Assembly (NCBI GenBank): GCA_965223505.1 | Contig: CBDCWP010000021.1 | Span: 384,001-448,000, forward strand | Length of the DNA stretch: 64,000 nt | DNA from: Planctomycetota bacterium | GTDB taxonomy: Bacteria; Planctomycetota; PLA2; JAEUHO01 | Direction: 5' to 3' | Shown here: positions 60,711 to 64,000 of the stretch, in pieces | Position numbering within the stretch: the stretch's first letter is position 1 | How the letters are laid out: every line of letters starts with the position of its first letter | Translations under genes and position numbers: made by a program | The notes under the pieces: model-generated | The model's input: the letters and a program-made list of their open reading frames with translations, nothing else | Told to the model about the DNA's origin: nothing | The model's database searches: none

Positions 60711-60847
60711 GGCGCAGTCACCTTGACAACGCGACCTGCGGTTCGCTACAAGACCGTCGCGCGAATGAACGCGCGGTTGATGTGTTTGTTTGGGGATGTC
60801 GGCGCGTGCTGGACGCGCTCGCTGCGTTTCCGCGAGGGGGATTCGAG

Positions 60848-62863
60848 ATGCCGAAAGCCAAGAAGGTGGGTGGAAAGTTCCGCACGTTCGATGCGAGGCC
60901 GGACACGCCCGACTTTCGAGACCGGATGTACGTGCCGACCCTCGTCGAGGTGCCGGTCCACATCACGTTGGACCAGTACCGCGCGCAGTATCCCGACAAC
61001 GACGTTCCGGTTCTCAATCAGGGTCGGGAGGGCGCCTGCACGGGGTTCGCCGCGGCGGCCACGGTCCACTTCCTGCTGCGGTCGCGCGCCGTCGTGCCCG
61101 ACGACGTCGAGGTGAGCCCCCGCATGCTCTACGAGATGGCGAAGCGCTACGACGAGTGGGAGGGCGTGAAGTACGACGGCTCCAGCGTGCGGGGCGCCAT
61201 GAAGGGCTGGCACAAGCACGGCGTCTGCTCGGCCAAGAACTGGCCGTACCGCCGCAAGCCCGACCGGCGGCTGACCAACAAGCGGGCGGTCGACGGCCTG
61301 CGCCGGCCGCTGGGGGCCTACTTCCGTGTGAACCACCGCGACATCGTCGCCATGCACACGGCTCTCGCGGAGGTCGGCATCCTCAACGTGTCCGCACTCG
61401 TCCACACCGGCTGGGGCGACGTCGAAGACGACGGCCTGATCGAGCCCGGCGGCGCGCAGATGGGCGGTCACGCCTTCGTGATCGTGGCCTACGACCAGCG
61501 CGGCTTCTGGATCCAGAACTCCTGGGGCAAGTCGTGGGGGCGGGGTGGCTTCGCGCTGCTCACCTACGACGACTGGCTCGAGAACGGGCGCGATGTCTGG
61601 GTCGCGCGCTTGGGAGCGCCGATCGAGCTGCGCACCGGGCGGGGTTCGGCCGCGGCCAACGCGGGCGCCCGATCCAAGGCGAGTGTCGAGACCATCGCCG
61701 ATCTGCGGCCCCACATCGTGAGCCTCGGCAACGACGGGCAGCTCAGCGAGAAGGGACCGTTCGCGACGACACGCGAGGATCTCAAGAACATCTTCGAAGA
61801 CGACATCCCGCGCATCACGAAGGGCTGGGCCAAGAAGCGCATCCTGCTCTACGCTCACGGCGGACTCACCCCCGCGAAGACGGCGACCCAGCGTGTCGCG
61901 GAGTACCGTGCCGCGCTGCTTGCGAACCAGGTCTATCCCCTGGCGTTCGTCTGGCGGTCCGACCTCTGGAGCACGCTCGAGAACATCTTGAAGGATGCGC
62001 TCTCGCGGCGCCGGGACGAAGGGGTCTTCGACGACATCAAGGACTTCATGCTCGACCGGCTGGACGACGCGCTCGAGCCCATCGCCCGCATCGTCGGCGG
62101 CCGTGCGCTGTGGAGCGAGATGAAGGAAAACGCCACGATGGCGACGACGAGCCGCGCCGGCGGCGCGAGGCTCGCCGCACAGCATCTGGCGAAGCTGGTC
62201 GCGGGCACCTCGAACGTGGAGATCCACCTCGCCGGTCACAGCGCCGGAGGCGTGTTCATGGCGCCGCTCGCGCAGCTGCTCGCGTCGAAGGGCGTGATTC
62301 GCTCCGGCCCGATGAGAAGCAAGAAGGGCCTGGGCCTGCGCGTGAGCTCGAGCACGCTCTGGGCGCCCGCCTGTACGACGCAGCTCTTCAAGGATGCCTT
62401 TCTTCCGCTCATCACGAAGAAGACGCTCCGGAACTTCGCGCTGTTCACCTTGACCGACGAGGCCGAGCAGGACGACCACTGCGCCAAGATCTACAACAAG
62501 TCCTTGCTCTATCTCGTGTCGAACGCGTTCGAGGATCGATTCCGGGTCCCGCTGCTTCGGGACGGCGAGCCGATTCTCGGCATGGAGAAGTGGATCAACG
62601 ACGATCCCGAGCTCAAGCAGACCTTCAGTGCGCGCGGCCCGGCCGACTGGGTCCTCTCGCCCAACACGTTCAAGCTCGGAAGCCCGAAGGCCGCACGGGC
62701 GCGAACTCATGGTGCGTTCGACGACGACACGTTCACGGTGCGCGCAACGCTTGCGCGCATCCTCGGCGTTTCCGGGCCGAAGAAGACCTCGCAGGAGGTG
62801 ACCTTCTTCGAGACACCGCGGCGATTGGAGAGCAGGCTTCGCGATCTGGCGCAGCGCACGTAG
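60848..62863 (+). CDS. C1 (papain-like) cysteine peptidase fused to an alpha/beta-hydrolase-like domain
   Basis: QGREGACTGF, GGHAFVIV and QNSWG; C-terminal YAHGGL and GHSAG. Confidence 0.9.
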   Translation: MPKAKKVGGKFRTFDARPDTPDFRDRMYVPTLVEVPVHITLDQYRAQYPDNDVPVLNQGREGACTGFAAAATVHFLLRSRAVVPDDVEVSPRMLYEMAKRYDEWEGVKYDGSSVRGAMKGWHKHGVCSAKNWPYRRKPDRRLTNKRAVDGLRRPLGAYFRVNHRDIVAMHTALAEVGILNVSALVHTGWGDVEDDGLIEPGGAQMGGHAFVIVAYDQRGFWIQNSWGKSWGRGGFALLTYDDWLENGRDVWVARLGAPIELRTGRGSAAANAGARSKASVETIADLRPHIVSLGNDGQLSEKGPFATTREDLKNIFEDDIPRITKGWAKKRILLYAHGGLTPAKTATQRVAEYRAALLANQVYPLAFVWRSDLWSTLENILKDALSRRRDEGVFDDIKDFMLDRLDDALEPIARIVGGRALWSEMKENATMATTSRAGGARLAAQHLAKLVAGTSNVEIHLAGHSAGGVFMAPLAQLLASKGVIRSGPMRSKKGLGLRVSSSTLWAPACTTQLFKDAFLPLITKKTLRNFALFTLTDEAEQDDHCAKIYNKSLLYLVSNAFEDRFRVPLLRDGEPILGMEKWINDDPELKQTFSARGPADWVLSPNTFKLGSPKAARARTHGAFDDDTFTVRATLARILGVSGPKKTSQEVTFFETPRRLESRLRDLAQRT

Positions 62864-62929
62864 CCGCCTTCGAGGTGCTCTGCATGCCGGCAGGCTGCAC
62901 GGCGGCGGCGGGATCGCTACACTGCGGGC

Positions 62930-63226
62930 ATGTGCCGCAACATCAAGACGCTCTACAACTTCGCTCCCCCCGCAACCGAGGAGGAGGTGCGCGCTTCCGC
63001 CCTGCAGTACGTCCGCAAGATCAGCGGGATGAACAAGCCGTCCAAGGCCAACGAGGCGACGTTTCGCCGCGCGCTGGAGGAGGTCGTGGCCGCGTCGCAC
63101 CGGCTCCTCGACGACCTGGTGACGAAGGCCGAGCCGCGCAACCGCGAGGCGGAGCGCGAGAAGGCGAGGGAGCGCGGCCGGAAGCGCGAGGCGGCCCTGC
63201 GAGCCCGCTATGCGCAGCGGGAGTGA
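62930..63226 (+). CDS. DUF2277 family protein
   Basis: MCRNIKTLYNFAPPATEEEVRASALQYVRKISG signature. Confidence 0.9.
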   Translation: MCRNIKTLYNFAPPATEEEVRASALQYVRKISGMNKPSKANEATFRRALEEVVAASHRLLDDLVTKAEPRNREAEREKARERGRKREAALRARYAQRE

Positions 63227-63229
63227 GCC

Positions 63230-63811
63230 ATGGGTAGATTCGCAGCGCTCGTACTCCTCGGCTTGGTCGCGACGGGCTGCTCCGTCCCCGTGGCGGATGT
63301 CACGCCCGGTCCGCCGGAGCTCGGCGACGCGATGGTCGTCGAAGTCACCGCCAACGGGACCGGCGGCCGCGTCGAGCTCGTCAAGACGAACGTTCACGCT
63401 CGTGCACGGGGAGCCGCGTTGGACCGCTATGCGGTCGCGATCAAGCGCTGGGAGCAAGACCGCCTCGACACCGGTTTGTTCACGGAGTACGCGGACCTCG
63501 AGCCGGGACAGACCGCATCGAACCTCGTCTATCACGACTGGATGCCCGGCGAGCCCATGGTGCTCGACATCCGCTTCGACGGCGTGTCGTACTGGAAGGG
63601 GCGCGTCGGCACGAAGGACGGCGGGCCGAACCACGTCAAGCTCGTGTTCGAAAACGGCGAGCTGACCCGGCGCGTCGTGGAGACGGTCGACGGTCTGATG
63701 ACCGACGGGAGCTGGATCGGCGGCGCCACCTGGACGCCCCCAGACGATCACGTGCCGTTCGAGCTCGGCAAGACCCGGCCCGATCTCAATCCGCGCCCCG
63801 TGCCTCGATGA
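63230..63811 (+). CDS. Hypothetical lipoprotein
   Basis: Lipobox ATGC; GGGAG RBS. Confidence 0.7.
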   Translation: MGRFAALVLLGLVATGCSVPVADVTPGPPELGDAMVVEVTANGTGGRVELVKTNVHARARGAALDRYAVAIKRWEQDRLDTGLFTEYADLEPGQTASNLVYHDWMPGEPMVLDIRFDGVSYWKGRVGTKDGGPNHVKLVFENGELTRRVVETVDGLMTDGSWIGGATWTPPDDHVPFELGKTRPDLNPRPVPR

Positions 63812-64000
63812 TCTTCTGAAGCCCGCGCGCGCCGCGTCGCCTCGCGCCTGTGATCGCCTCGGCTTGTTCTCGCTGCTTCGTGTTGCAGAAGCTTTGCCAA
63901 CGCTTTGCGGGCTTTGGACAACTGCACGCGGCGCTCTCCGTTTGACTGGCCGGTACGGAAACGGAGCGCTTCATGACGGTCGGAGCCGCGTCGATCGAAC

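Noticed and set aside
1..64000. Genome-wide UGA reassignment (code 4 or 25) as the explanation for the in-frame TGAs
   Set aside because: Many genes end properly at TGA, including ATGA overlaps at 6982-6985, 15936-15939 and 29871-29874. Trp is encoded by TGG throughout.
1..64000. CRISPR array, rRNA, integrase or prophage
   Set aside because: No regularly spaced short repeats, rRNA-like sequence, recombinase motifs or phage structural cluster were seen by eye.

Overview
A 64 kb, very GC-rich bacterial window. The gene content suggests Planctomycetota (inference): five Hanks-type Ser/Thr kinases, four of them complete with TPR arrays, four ECF sigma factors and a minor-pilin cluster. Other content: (i) an ~11 kb decayed copper/metal-efflux island bracketed by a 406 bp direct repeat of the 3' end of an aminotransferase gene; (ii) a glnII-amtB-glutaminase-ankyrin operon; (iii) CHAT, papain-like and astacin-like proteases. 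The most interesting signals are missed or broken by the ORF track. First, a small SEC-C zinc-knuckle gene (55279-55530) reads as one coherent protein only through three successive +1 shifts, each at an in-frame C-UUU-C motif. Second, there are in-frame UGA codons with downstream hairpins: a clear selenocysteine MsrA, a secreted monoheme c-type cytochrome whose UGA sits where the distal heme ligand is expected, and a weaker lipoprotein case. Third, a tandem bacterial histone-fold protein carries an apparent signal peptide. No rRNA, intact tRNA or CRISPR array was seen. All calls were made by eye; no searches were run.
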